Below, in pieces: positions 1 to 11,330 of a stretch of 64,000 nt of DNA. The DNA is taken from assembly GCA_001643675.2 (NCBI GenBank), contig LSRY02000001.1:930001-994000 (forward strand), read 5' to 3'. The position numbers and the translations under genes are program-made. A model generated the notes under the pieces. That model ran no database searches. It was not told the DNA's origin and saw only the letters and a program-made list of their open reading frames with translations. The stretch comes from Monocercomonoides exilis PA203. Taxonomy: Eukaryota; Protista; Preaxostyla. Numbering within the stretch: the stretch's first letter is position 1; each line of letters opens with the position of its first letter.

Positions 1-2400
1 CCCTGCACCTCCCGACACTTCCGATAGCACCCGCACGCAGTCGTACAGCTCCGGCTTCAGCAGCTCCAAGTGCAGGCTCACAGTCTTCGCAGCTGCTCAA
101 TTCTCAGACGCTGTCAGAGGCGCCTGCCGGTCGGACAAATCGCACACCTTCAGCAGCCACGGGAATCGCGCGAAGATGTTGTTGGGCTGGCAGGACATCA
201 GTGCCTATGCGAGAGATGGTTCGCCACAACACGATAGCCGGTACGCATCCTGGAAGATCCTCAGCGACAGTGCCTTTGGAGTCTGCGGATAGCACACACA
301 GAAGAGATTCCAGTTCTCCAAACACAATTCCTCTGAAAGCTACCTCTGATGGTAAAAATGAAGAAGTCCATGCATTTCCAGAACATTTGACATCATACAG
401 TACCTTCATCTCCTCCTTCAGCTTCGCTGCCTCTGCGCGGCAGTTGTTTGGCAGAAACCGCCGAAACACAGATGCATCTGCCTCTCCCTTCTCCGACTTC
501 ATCCTCTCAAATTCACAAAAAAATATCTTGATCTTCTTCTCAGAAGCCCTTTCAAACAACGTGTTGGAGCACTTCCGGAACATTCGGAACGATTCTATCA
601 GGAAGTTTTCGCTCTCTTCCGTCGGCTGCTGATGCAGAACACCCTTCAAGCAGTAGTGTGTCACAATGCATGAAGAACAACAGTTCATCTTTAGTGAACA
701 ATTCATGAACAAACTTTCCAAACATCTGTTCCTCTGCAAAATCCTTCAGGATCAGCTAAACCCAGTGAATCATCGCCTTCTTCACAGCTTCACTCTTCTT
801 CTGATTCTCAATCACCTCCTTGAACAGCGCCTTCTGCTTTCTTGTTATCTGTGCGTGCACTTTCAGCAGCTTTATCAGAATCTTCGTTTCCTTCTTTATC
901 TGGTTCGTCTTCTGCTTCTCAGTTGTATCCACTCATCCTCCATGACCATCGCAAACGTTTTCTGCTCCACCCCTGCTTGCTTCTCCCACAACACTCACTC
1001 CGCTTCCCACTTTCATATCAACCCACTTCCAGCTCGGGTTTGTGTCGAACATCACAGCGCTGCAATCTCCTATTATCACTGAAAACTTCTCCTGGAATTT
1101 TTCAAACAGATGCGACTGAAGAATCAACGAAATTAAAAACAGAACAGTCACTTCTTGCACAGAGAAACCAACGAAGAAGATATGAAAAACTTAACCCCCA
1201 ATCCACAAGTTTCCACTTGCCATCCACACTCACAACCTCGCCCTGTTGCATCATGCGTTTCTTTTCATTAAAAAACCCCACAACACTCAGTTCAACCTTC
1301 TCATTGTCGTAACAGGCTGACATGCATCTCCTTCACCTCTTCATTGCACTTCTCGCTCAGCTGAAGAATCTTCCAATCACTCATCTGGATGAGATTGCCA
1401 TTCTCCTGTTCTCCTCCATTAGCCATTTGTCAGCTTCAATAGCCGCTTGTCATTTCAAATATATTTCGTCTACATGTTGAACTCCGTAATCTTCTTATCC
1501 GTCTCCTGTTTCACCACTTAATGGTTTTTTTTAACTTTTCTTCTTCTCCTCCTCCTCACTCTTATCCTTCTTCTTCCACTTCTTCTGCTTCTTCTGCTCC
1601 TTCTCTCTCCTCCATTACAACCAGCACAATCGCTTCCATCACATGAACGACATCCTCCGTCTTCAACATTTCCGCCTCCACCACCATCTCCCCAACTTTT
1701 CCAGCACTTTTCACACTGCAAACACTCTCCACATCACTTCCTCTTACACCTTATTCATCACCACAACTCTCCTCGACAGCTGTGATCGCGACATCAGCCA
1801 CGCTGTCGCAGACAAAAGCAGCGACGGGCTCAACAGATTTGAAGATCGATGGGAACACATTCACACTTGCACAACAAAGACATTCTTGCTTCCCGACTTC
1901 ATCAACAGACATTCATCAATTGACGGAAGCGGAGCAACCAGCGTAATAGAAAGCATCACAGAAAGCACCATATCAGAAGTGCACACAATGCCCCCAAACA
2001 GCACCGCCCACCGCGCTTCAACATAACCAAACAGCTTCTTCAGCAACATCTGCCTGTGCCGTGCATACGCCCTAGCCGCCTCAGGCACCAAAATCCGCAG
2101 TCGTATCTTGATGTAATTCATAGCTGCTGCCGACATCCATGACGCCACCACTGCCGAGGCATCCGATGGGTAAATCGAAGGCACTGCCGAAGATACGGAT
2201 CATTTATTTCCCCTGTTGCATCCTTCTCTTTTCTTCTCGACATCTAGATTGAAGAGCCAAAATAGAGTAATGCTCCAGTTGAAGAAGAAAAAGAGGATAG
2301 AGAAAATTATAAAGGCGCAGAGTGAAGCGAAGACTTCAGTGAAGGATCAACCTCTGGAAGATTTTTCAGTTCCCCCAAAACGTCTATCTGTAGCTCTTCA
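1..2400 (-). pseudogene. Decayed copy of an unknown gene, paralogous to 7100-11330
   Basis: Minus-strand ORF fragments (104-739, 933-1160, 1102-1323, 1861-2184) are broken by stops and frameshifts. They are collinear with fragments at 8835-11150, e.g. FERASEKKIKIFFCEFE vs LERASEKKIKMFFGEFE, and MNYIKIRLRILVPEAA vs MDDIKRRLRIVMSEAA. Confidence 0.75.
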
Positions 2401-3136
2401 AATAACAGGAACAACGCATTCGCATCAGGATCAGAAATGTTAATCATCCGCCAATTTTCCCGTTTTTGTGTGATAAGAACTTTTTAACAATAAATATTCC
2501 TTGAAATATCTAAAAGAGGAAAAAAAAGATGAGAAAAAAGCAAAAGAGATAATTTCGTCCACAAAAGATGTGATTCGTCATTTGATTCAAAAAATGATTT
2601 ATATCATTTTGAGTTTTTGATTTCAGGTCTTTTGATGTTGATATTGCAGATAATATTAGATTTTTTTAAAACATAAGTAATCAATTAATTTGTTTTAATT
2701 CTTGAATTTTATTTTTCAATCATGAGTATTAAAACGTTTGAATTTTAGTTATCATTAACTTTCAATAAATAATACAATATATACGACTTTTAACTTTTTC
2801 GTTTTATCAACTCATTGAAATATAGAAATGTTTATGAAAGTTCAAAAAAACCAAATGTCAATTCAAATTAAAGAAACAAAAAAGGTCAATATTTATGAAA
2901 ATAATAGTTTGACACAAATAACAACTAATAGATAATTTTTTAAATCAAATATGAAAAGTGAATTCAAAAATTTTGTGAAATAGATCTTTTTGAAACTTTA
3001 TATTCGATGATATGTGAAATAAATACAAATGGTGAATTCACAAAAATTAATGATGGGAACGGAATGATCAACATTTAATAATCATTTTTTTAAGGGATAA
3101 AATAATAATCATGTAACTTTTCAAAGAAAAATACCC
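1..3136. mobile_element. Right part of an older, diverged copy of the 5771-12101 TIR element; left end lies outside the window
   Basis: It carries the same cargo gene and the shared subterminal block TGATGGGAACGGAATGATCAACATTT (~3051 and ~12010). A degenerate terminal repeat at 3113-3136 matches 12078-12101 at 18/24 positions and is also followed by AT. Confidence 0.6.
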
Positions 3137-3221
3137 ATTTGTTATTATTATAAATATTTCTATTAAAATAATTTGTTTTTTTCACCAATTCAATCTGTCA
3201 CATTTGAAGAGTTGAATTTAA

Positions 3222-3420
3222 TAGATATTTTACGGAAAGAAGCACACTTTTCGAGAATCCAATGAAATTTTGGGAATGAGTAATTTTTTATCGGAATAGT
3301 TTTTTGCCTGTCAATATGAAACAACGTTTCTCGGAATGAAACTGTCTTTTCGTTATAACTTAGTCTTTTCGATTTATTCTAATATTATTTCGGAACTATT
3401 TTTTTCTTTCACGAAAGAAA
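3222..3420. repeat. Degenerate tandem array with ~20-bp period (TTT(T)CGGAA-like core)
   Basis: Cores occur at ~3231 (ttacggaa), 3251 (ttcgagaa), 3271 (ttgggaat), 3291 (atcggaat), 3331 (ctcggaat), 3351, 3369, 3390 (ttcggaac) and 3411 (cacgaaag). Confidence 0.45.
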
Positions 3421-3670
3421 GTGCTTTACTCAATGAATATAACAAAAAACAAAACGATGGGATCAATTTATTTTTCTGAATCAAAAATAACTTATGAAAA
3501 ATTACATCATTTGTTGTTGAAATTAGAAAAAAGAAGAAATTTTAAATTATTTATTGAAATTTATAATTTGATAAAAATTAAAGTCAAATCTAGGCGGCAA
3601 AAAAACCTGAATAAGCAACAATAATCAAGAAAAACCGAGCAAACAAAAAATAAAAATGGTGAAAGAAAAA

Positions 3671-4929
3671 TTAGTTTTCTTCATTGCTTTTTTCATTGGC
3701 GATGATTTCATCAGTTGAAATTTTTCGTTGTTTCGAATGTTCGTTGCACATGTTCTCAATTAGTGAAACACTTCGAATTCTTTTAATTTTTTCTCTGAAA
3801 AAAGCATTCGATTCTGACTTTTTTTCTTTTTGCTTTTCAATTTCTAATTGATTAAAAGAAATACATTGCTTCTCAAATAATCCATCATCTTCACTCAAAT
3901 CATATGCCTGAATATTCAGATTTGTTAGCCAAACTGCAATTTCGATATCTAACTTTGCATCATCCAAGCCGTTTCTGTACCTGTTTGCGCATTGCTTCCA
4001 CTGCCTTTTCATTCTTCCGAAAAACCATTCAACAGGAATCCGTTTCTTTGCTAATCTTTCGTTAAATGTTATTTCTTCTATCGTTTTAGCATTTTTGATT
4101 GGTGTTATGACTTCTATTCCTTCAACAGCACCTTGATATCCTCTGTCTGCCATGACTTTCCAATGTTTAATTCCTTCATCCAATCCGTATTTTTCTCTTT
4201 CGTATTCTGTAATTTGTAAATATTCTTTCAACGGCTGTAAGTCTCGTTTGAACAATGAGAAATCATGGATATGACCTTCTATAACTTCTGAAGCAAATAA
4301 TGCTTCATAAGGATAGCTAGCAGCAACTGCAACCTGGATCTTCAATCCATAAACTTTATGATGCCCGTCCCAGAGCAACTTCTGATTTTCAAAACTGCTA
4401 GCTGGCTTGTCTGTTCTTATAGACGTTGCGTCCACTAGGAGTGCAACCGTTCCAAAAGATTCGTCTGTATCAGTATATTTAGGTCTTCTTTTCTCCATGT
4501 TCATTTTTCTCAATACTTTTAACAGGAGTTGACGTATTTGTATTATTGCATCCGAAATTATGTGGCTACTTCTGTTAAACCAAATCCCAATTCTTGTTTG
4601 TGTTGTACCAGAAGATAGCCATTCGAGGTAATAAAGCATTTTGTCAGTGAGCGATAAAGAACCTTTTGGTCCTTTTTTCGGAGTCTGGTTGGTTTCGTTT
4701 TCTAATTCGCAAATAATGCTGAATATTTGTTTTTCGGTTAATTTATATCGATCAAATGATTTTTGTTTGCGTAAGTAATCAAATAGCTGTCCCTCTGGCT
4801 CAGGATCCGATAACTCCCTAATTTCAGTGTTCATAATTTTCTTTTCAACGCTATCTTTGTATGAATCAGCTTTTTGAAGAGCTAAATCAAACATGTCATT
4901 TGTTTCTTTTCTATAAACATCAGATCATT

Positions 4930-4974
<45 letters not shown>

Positions 4975-5230
4975 AAAAGAAAGAAATAAAGAAAAAGAAA
5001 AATTGTAATAAAAGAATTTCTTAGCAATATTCAAACTCGAACCTTTCCATTTTATTTTTTGCTGGTGAACAAGATAGTATTGAGGGATGTTCCTGAACTT
5101 CAATTGGACCAAACACATTCGAATGCTGAGAAGCAGACACGGAAGCTGAAGGCTGGAACGAGAGTGCTTGAGAAGAGAAGTTTATATCAAACTGAGATGA
5201 AGATTGAATATTGCTTTGAACGGAGTTCAT
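3671..5230 (-). CDS. Spliced Harbinger/ISL2EU-type (IS5-like) DDE transposase, ~475 aa; exons 5230-5043 and 4910-3671
   Basis: HTH_Tnp_4-like segment LSLTDKMLYYLEWL..IGIWFNRS. Catalytic motifs LLVDATSI, GHIHDF, VMADRGYQG and KRIPVEWFFGRMK. A 132-nt GT..AG intron (5042-4911) with a poly-T tract joins the upstream ORF in frame (ME-R-KETNDMF). Confidence 0.9.
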
Positions 5231-5588
5231 ATGCGAACTTTGTTCAGAGCAATATCATTTAATTGAAAACAAAAAATAAATTATTTAAAAATATCCACAA
5301 AGATAACGAACAAAGAATGCTACAGACCAAATATATGGATCAATTCGAGGAAGCAAACTCATTTCCAGTTGTAAAATTAATATCAAAACAAACTGACAAA
5401 AGAAAAGCCTTTTTTTTATGTATGGTGATGTCTTCTATTTATACATATTGGCATAGTGAGAAAAAATGGGTCTTTTTCGAAAAACATATGACTTTTGGGT
5501 TACAACTCGTTTTTATTTGAAATAACATTTGTTTCACTCAAAAGGTTTTTCTTTTCGTAAAATATCTAATGATCCCATAAAAAATCAC

Positions 5589-5766
5589 GGCAAGTTCCAA
5601 GAATATGGACCATCGATAAAAAATATTTCTGATGTCGTTCACGATAAAACTTGTTATGATAATTTATTTAAAATTAGTTTTATCTGTCGAAAATGCATTG
5701 TTTTGAACAATCCATTTTTCAATCGATCTATCCCATAAATATTTTCTAACTTCCCTTGTTTTTTAT
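5589..5766 (+). repeat. 178-bp inverted repeat, left arm (partner 14629-14806)
   Basis: Reverse complement of 14629-14806 with about 4 mismatches by manual comparison. Confidence 0.9.
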
Positions 5767-6268
5767 ATATGGGTCATTCTTTTTGAAAAGTCGCTGCAGA
5801 TCAAAAATAAGTCCCATGAAAGTTAATTCAAAAACACTCCGTTACCATTATACAAATGAAAATATCGAACTTTCACAGTAATGTTTGTTAGTTCATAGCA
5901 AACTTCTTTATGAGAAGAAATATTCTTTTTCAATAAATTATGTATCAAAATATTTGATCAAAACTTAAATATTAGTTTTTCAATGAAAAAGGGTTTAACT
6001 TGATTGAACATCTTTGTAAATGCCGATTAATGAAATGTACAAGGTGTGTTCCGATTATTTTCCCTTACAAACTTGATTTTCAATGTTAATTCAAAATTTT
6101 ATTTGAATAGAATTTTTCATTGTGTATTGCATACCTGAACTTAACATGATTGCGAAGATAGAACACACATATTCGATGCAACTGTTTATCGGATAAGTTT
6201 AGTGGTTTCCATTTAATTATCACAAATAAATTTTAATTTTTATTTTCACAAATTATTCATTTTTTTAT

Positions 6269-7098
6269 TTGCTTGACAAATTTGCAGCAGATAACAGAGA
6301 ACTTTTTGCGAGAGAACTTGCAGTTTGGGGCTGTGCAACTGACTGGTTTGTAGCGGAAGAAGATCTATTACTGAGGTCTATGAAATATCAGAGCGAGACG
6401 ATATTTGTTTCTTCTGTTGCAGACAATCACACAGACAGCAAGCAATGTGGAGAGTTCACCACTCCTTGCATCTCATTGGATGTTGGAATCCAACACATCA
6501 TTCCGTCTCTGTTCTCACAGCTGCTGATCTTGGGGCAAACAGATATTATCTGGAAATGTGATGTTCTTGAAGTGACAATTCGCTCACTTCAATTTCTCTC
6601 AGCCACTTTTGTGAAACTGAACTCAACAATAACAGGTGATTCCAGAATCTAAACACAACATCAGAGAAAGTTCGGATCGAAAGTGTGAAATTCAACTTTG
6701 GTCAGTCGTTTTCTTATTCTGGAAGTTCTGTAGTTCATGAAGCAAATGGCCAGCTTTCTCTATCATCTATTGACTTTTCTTCGATTTTGGAATCAGACAT
6801 TGAATCTGTTGCCCTCAACTCAACTTTGCTGAGCATTGCAAATGGAATTCTTCATGTTGACAACTGCTCAGTGTCACTCCTTTCGTTCAAGAAGTCAGCT
6901 TTTCTGCTAAATGGAGATGAGATTAATGTCACAGATTTCAAACTGGAACAGATTGTTTCAATATCAAATGTATTTGAGATTGATCAATGCAAAGAAGTGG
7001 CATTTAATTGGGCTGTGGCTGATGAAGTAAAGCTGTATGATTGCTGTATCATTTCTAAAAACGAAAAAACTTCAGGAACAAACTCTCTTTTTGATTAA
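6269..7098 (+). pseudogene. Internal fragment of the large beta-helix surface-protein family
   Basis: Contains the family motif IFVSS..DSKQCGEFTTPCISL, matching the CGxxxxPCxS/T repeats in 16057-22401 and 43933-50892. It lacks a signal peptide and TM segment and has an in-frame stop at 6650-6652. Confidence 0.8.
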
Positions 7099-7099
7099 T

Positions 7100-10000
7100 C
7101 ACTCTACAGCTGATCAAAGAATTCAAAAAAAGCTTCTGCTTTTTTTGTGACTCTTCATCCTCTTCATCCTCTTCATCCTCCTACTCCATTTCAACCGAAT
7201 ATGACCCGGACACTTTCCATTCCTGCACCAAACAGCTTCTTTCCCTCTCTTCTTCTCTCTTCGAATCCCTCCGCTCCACTTTGTCCCGCGGCCCACTTTC
7301 ATCCACAGCTTAAATCTGCATTCTTCTTTATCTGTTCATTGAGAGCGAATTAGTGCCACTTCTGAAGATCCTCTTCAAGAAAATGGTTGAATCAAGTCGT
7401 TTTTTTAAGAACGGAGTGGACTCTATACTTGCTGCTGTGTGCGGAGACTCAAATTTTTCTAGTGGCATGTTTTTGCTGAGGTGTTTATGCAAATTGTGGG
7501 TGTTTCAGACACACAAGGAAGCAACAGTGAAGCTGATGGAGATCAAATTCACTACGTTTGGGCTTGCGCGCCTTCCCACTCGAAGATGTTGATGAAATTG
7601 GCTTCTTCTTCCTCCTCCCCTTCACTCGATCTTTTCAAATGTGAAGATTTCCCTCTTCTCCTCCAGTGTATCCTGCGTGGAAACACAGATGCCTCACTTG
7701 ACAGTATAGAAGATAGGAGTCGAGCTCTGTTTGAATTCAACAAAAGAATCCCTGCTTGTGCGCAGGCTCGAATCCCAGCAGGGGAAACTTTTTCAACTTC
7801 TTTTTGCTCTTCTTCTTCTTCTTCTTCTTCTTCTTCTTCTTCTTCTTCTTCTCCTTCTCCGTCTCCTTCTTCTCCTTCTTCTCCTTATTCCAGTTCTTCA
7901 TTTTAATCCTCAAATTCTCCAAAATTAAAGAATTAAACCAAATTTTCTCGTCATCTTCATCATAATCATCAATTTCCTCACCATCGTCGTCGTCTTCTTC
8001 TTCTTCCTTCTGCTTCTTCACCTCATCCTCATCATATTTCTTTTCCTGTTCTTTTAATTCTTTCTTTTCAAATTCTTCTTCTTTTTCATTTTGCCTCTTT
8101 TCTTCTTCTTCTTTTTCTTCTATCTCCAACAACTCTTCAATTAACATATCTGATAAATCAGACAATTTGATTGAATCATCTTCATTATGCACAGCGCCTC
8201 AATGAAAGCATCACTATTGCCATCGCCATTGTCTTTTTCAACTTCTTCTTTTTCTTCATTTCCTTCATTTTATTCTGAAATATTTAAATAAAAGAAAATA
8301 CTTTCAAAAGTTTGATTATCTATCTATTTATTTCAAAACTTTCTTTAAAAGGAAACGAACGTAATAAGAAACAGGAGAAAGAAGGCGAAGAAGGTTTCTG
8401 GACGAGCGTAAACAAATTTGCATGAAAAACTGAGAATACAAAAATCGATAGAAAAGAATGGAAGAGAAAGAAGAGGAAGAGGGGTCAAAAGAGGAAGAAG
8501 AATAATGAAAAGAAGACTACGACCTCTACGAGGATGGAGTCGCTAATGAAGCAGATGACAAGACAACGTCTCCCTTTCCCTGCCTGTGCCACGCCATCTC
8601 TTCATGAGACCACACCACTTGCTGCCTTTCCCCAAGGTGCAGCCCCACCAGCTCCAACAACATCGTTGTCATTCTGTACAATACCCACCGCCCTTCTTTC
8701 TTCATCACTACTGATTGCATAGACCCCTCCTGCCACATCATCACCACCTCCACCCTTCCTTCCACAGACATTTCAGAAAGCACACTCACACTTCCTTACA
8801 GTTCCTGTTCACTCTCTTCGCAATCACTCTGCATTCAGATAACGACAAAAGTGCACTCCTGCAAACTGCATCGCACACATCCAGCAGCAGCTGGCACAGC
8901 GTCAAAAAGTCGTTTCGCTTGCACGCCTCCAATATCGATGAAAATTACGACAGACAGCAGCCCGACAGCCGGTACGCATCCCGGAAGATCCGCAGCGACA
9001 GCGCCTGCGGCGTCTGCAGATAACACACACACAGAAGAGACTCCAGCTCCGAGTACGTGATCCCTCTGCACACTGCCCCTGGTGATAACAATGACGATGA
9101 CGCTGATGCTGATGATGATGAAGTAAATGGAAAGCCACTTTGTATCGCATCATGCAGTGCCTTCATCACCTCCTTCTGCTTCGATTTCTCTGCTTGGCAA
9201 CAGCTCTGCAAAAACACCCAGAAACACTACCGCGCCTGCCTCCCCCTTCTCCGACTGCAGCCCCTCAAACTCCCCAAAAAACATCTTGATCTTCTTCTCC
9301 GACGCCCTTTCTAGCGCTATGCTGAAGAACAAGAAGAACAAGAAGAGCGACAGCTTGTCTTCAATGAACTCCTCTGGCACAAACCTCCCAAACAGCCACA
9401 TCTCTGCACAATCCTTCCAGAGTTGCTCCATTTCGTTGATTGTCCCCTGCCGCTCAGCCTCACTCTTCATCTGTCCAGCGCGCTTCTCCCCCAGTCATAT
9501 ATTCTCAAAGTCCCCATTGTTCTGCCTTGGAAGAACCACACCTTCCCACCCAGCACCGTAGTCGCTCAAATCAACCAATGTCTAATGTCTATACATTCCC
9601 TGTATTGCCGGCAGCGTACACGCCTTCTTCAGTTGCTGTACTATCTATAACTGCTACTGAATTCACTGAATCGGAAAAGACGACTAATATATGTGCGACA
9701 TCTGAAGCACATGCACAGTTTCAAACGCCACCTGTTCCAGCAATAAAGACACTGCACTTATCGGACGCTCCATCGTTTCTTCTTATGATGCCTTCATTTT
9801 CTTCTGCTCCTTCACTTTCTGCAGCACCATCAGCATCTTCATTTTCCTTCTCCATCTTGTTCATCTTCTGCTGCACCGTTGTATCTGCTCTTCCACCACC
9901 TCCTCCAACATCGCTGTTTATTTTTTTATCGCAACACTCACCCCGCTCCCAACTTTCACAAAAACCCCCTCCCCTTGAGATCTGTCACAAGCATCGCGGC

Positions 10001-11330
10001 ACTTCCATCCCCGATGCTCCCTGCAAATTTCTCCTTGTGCGTTTCACACAGCCCTAACAGCAGAATCAACAAAGCTGCAGACAGAATCATTCATCTACAT
10101 ACAGACACCAACAAAGAATGCGTTACAAGAGGCATCCCTGCCCCTGCCCCTGCCCCTGCTCCAGCCCCAACTCCTGCGCTTGACACTGTTCCCTCGCTGT
10201 TCTCACTCATCACCCCTCCCTGCTATGTCCGCCTCTTCTTCTCCTTCTCAATCCCCACAACAATCAGCTCTGCCTTCTCCTTTATGGCTTCAAACAGTCC
10301 CTTCGGATTTTTCATCTCTGCATTGTACTTCTCACTCAGCTCCAGGATCTTCCTCTCCCGCATATGGATGATCTTGTCCTTCTTCTGCCCTACTCTTTTT
10401 TCCACAAATCAGCTTCAAAAGCCACTTGTCTTTTCAAATATATTGCGAACTCATGTTGATCTCCATTAACTTTTTCTCCGTCTCCTGTTTTATCCTTTCA
10501 TCTTCTTCTCTTTTTCCATGTTCTTCTCCCTTTTCTTCTCCCTCTTTGCCTCCCTCTTTTCCTTCCTCTTCTGCTTCTTCTGATTCTTTTTGCTCCTCCA
10601 GCACAGCCAGCGCAATCGCTGCTGGTGACAGAACCACATCCTCCATCCTCAGCCCCACCTCCTCCATTCCCTTCTCCACAATCTTCCCCACTTTGCACAC
10701 TGCAGCCTCTTTCCCTGTCGCTTCATCTTTCAACTTCACCTCCACAGGCCTCGACTTCTGCTAAAAGGGATTCCAGCAGTGCAACCTCAGATGGCAGCAG
10801 CGACGTGTCAAACAGATCTTAGATTGACTTTTTCTCATCATATCTGCCTCCGCAATGATCCGCTTCCTCCCCGACTTCTTTCTCACTGATGCTGCAACTG
10901 AATGAAGCCGCGCCACCAGCGGAACCGAAAGCATCACCGAAAGCGTCACAGCCTGCCACGCCACAACATATCCACGCGGCGTCTGCAGTGCTCGCGTCGA
11001 TAGCAGCAGCTGCAGCGACAGCGGCATGTACCGCCCATTCACTCCAGCCGCCTCTGACATCACAATCCGCAGCCGTCTCTTGATGTCGTCCATTGCTTCT
11101 GCCGATGTGTATGACGCCGCCACCTCCGACACATCCAAAGGGTCAATCACAAGCTCCGATAATGATGGCTGTTCATCTTCTTCCGCCTTCTTCTCTTCGC
11201 TTCTCCGCCTCAGGAATGGCGAAGTTGATCAGCGTGCTATTCCAGTTGAAGAAGACGAAGAAGACAAAGGCGCTGAGCGAAGAGACAACTGAATTGCTTC
11301 CACTCTCGCAAGAAGCTTATTGAAACAACT
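7100..11330 (-). pseudogene. Decayed intron-containing gene of unknown function (cargo; paralog of 1-2400)
   Basis: A series of minus-strand coding-like fragments with stops and frameshifts, a probable GT-AG intron at 8360-8275, and acidic/Lys-rich tracts. Boundaries are approximate. Confidence 0.65.
7808..7852. repeat. (TTC)n microsatellite
   Basis: Pure TTC/TCT run of about 45 bp seen directly. Confidence 0.85.

Larger units (their letters stand above)
3222..5576 (-). mobile_element. ISL2EU/PIF-Harbinger-superfamily DNA transposon (ends uncertain)
   Basis: Contains the DDE_Tnp_4-type transposase. One candidate pair of ends is the inverted match 3222-3241 / 5549-5568 (19/20). The other is AT|GGGATCA at 3459 with TGATCCC|AT ending at 5576. 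Confidence 0.7.

Noticed and set aside
3222-3420. CRISPR-like array
   Set aside because: The units are degenerate with no identical repeats or unique spacers, there are no cas genes, and the context is eukaryotic.
4933-4972. Poly-A run as a retrotransposon tail
   Set aside because: It is the polypyrimidine tract within the minus-strand transposase intron.
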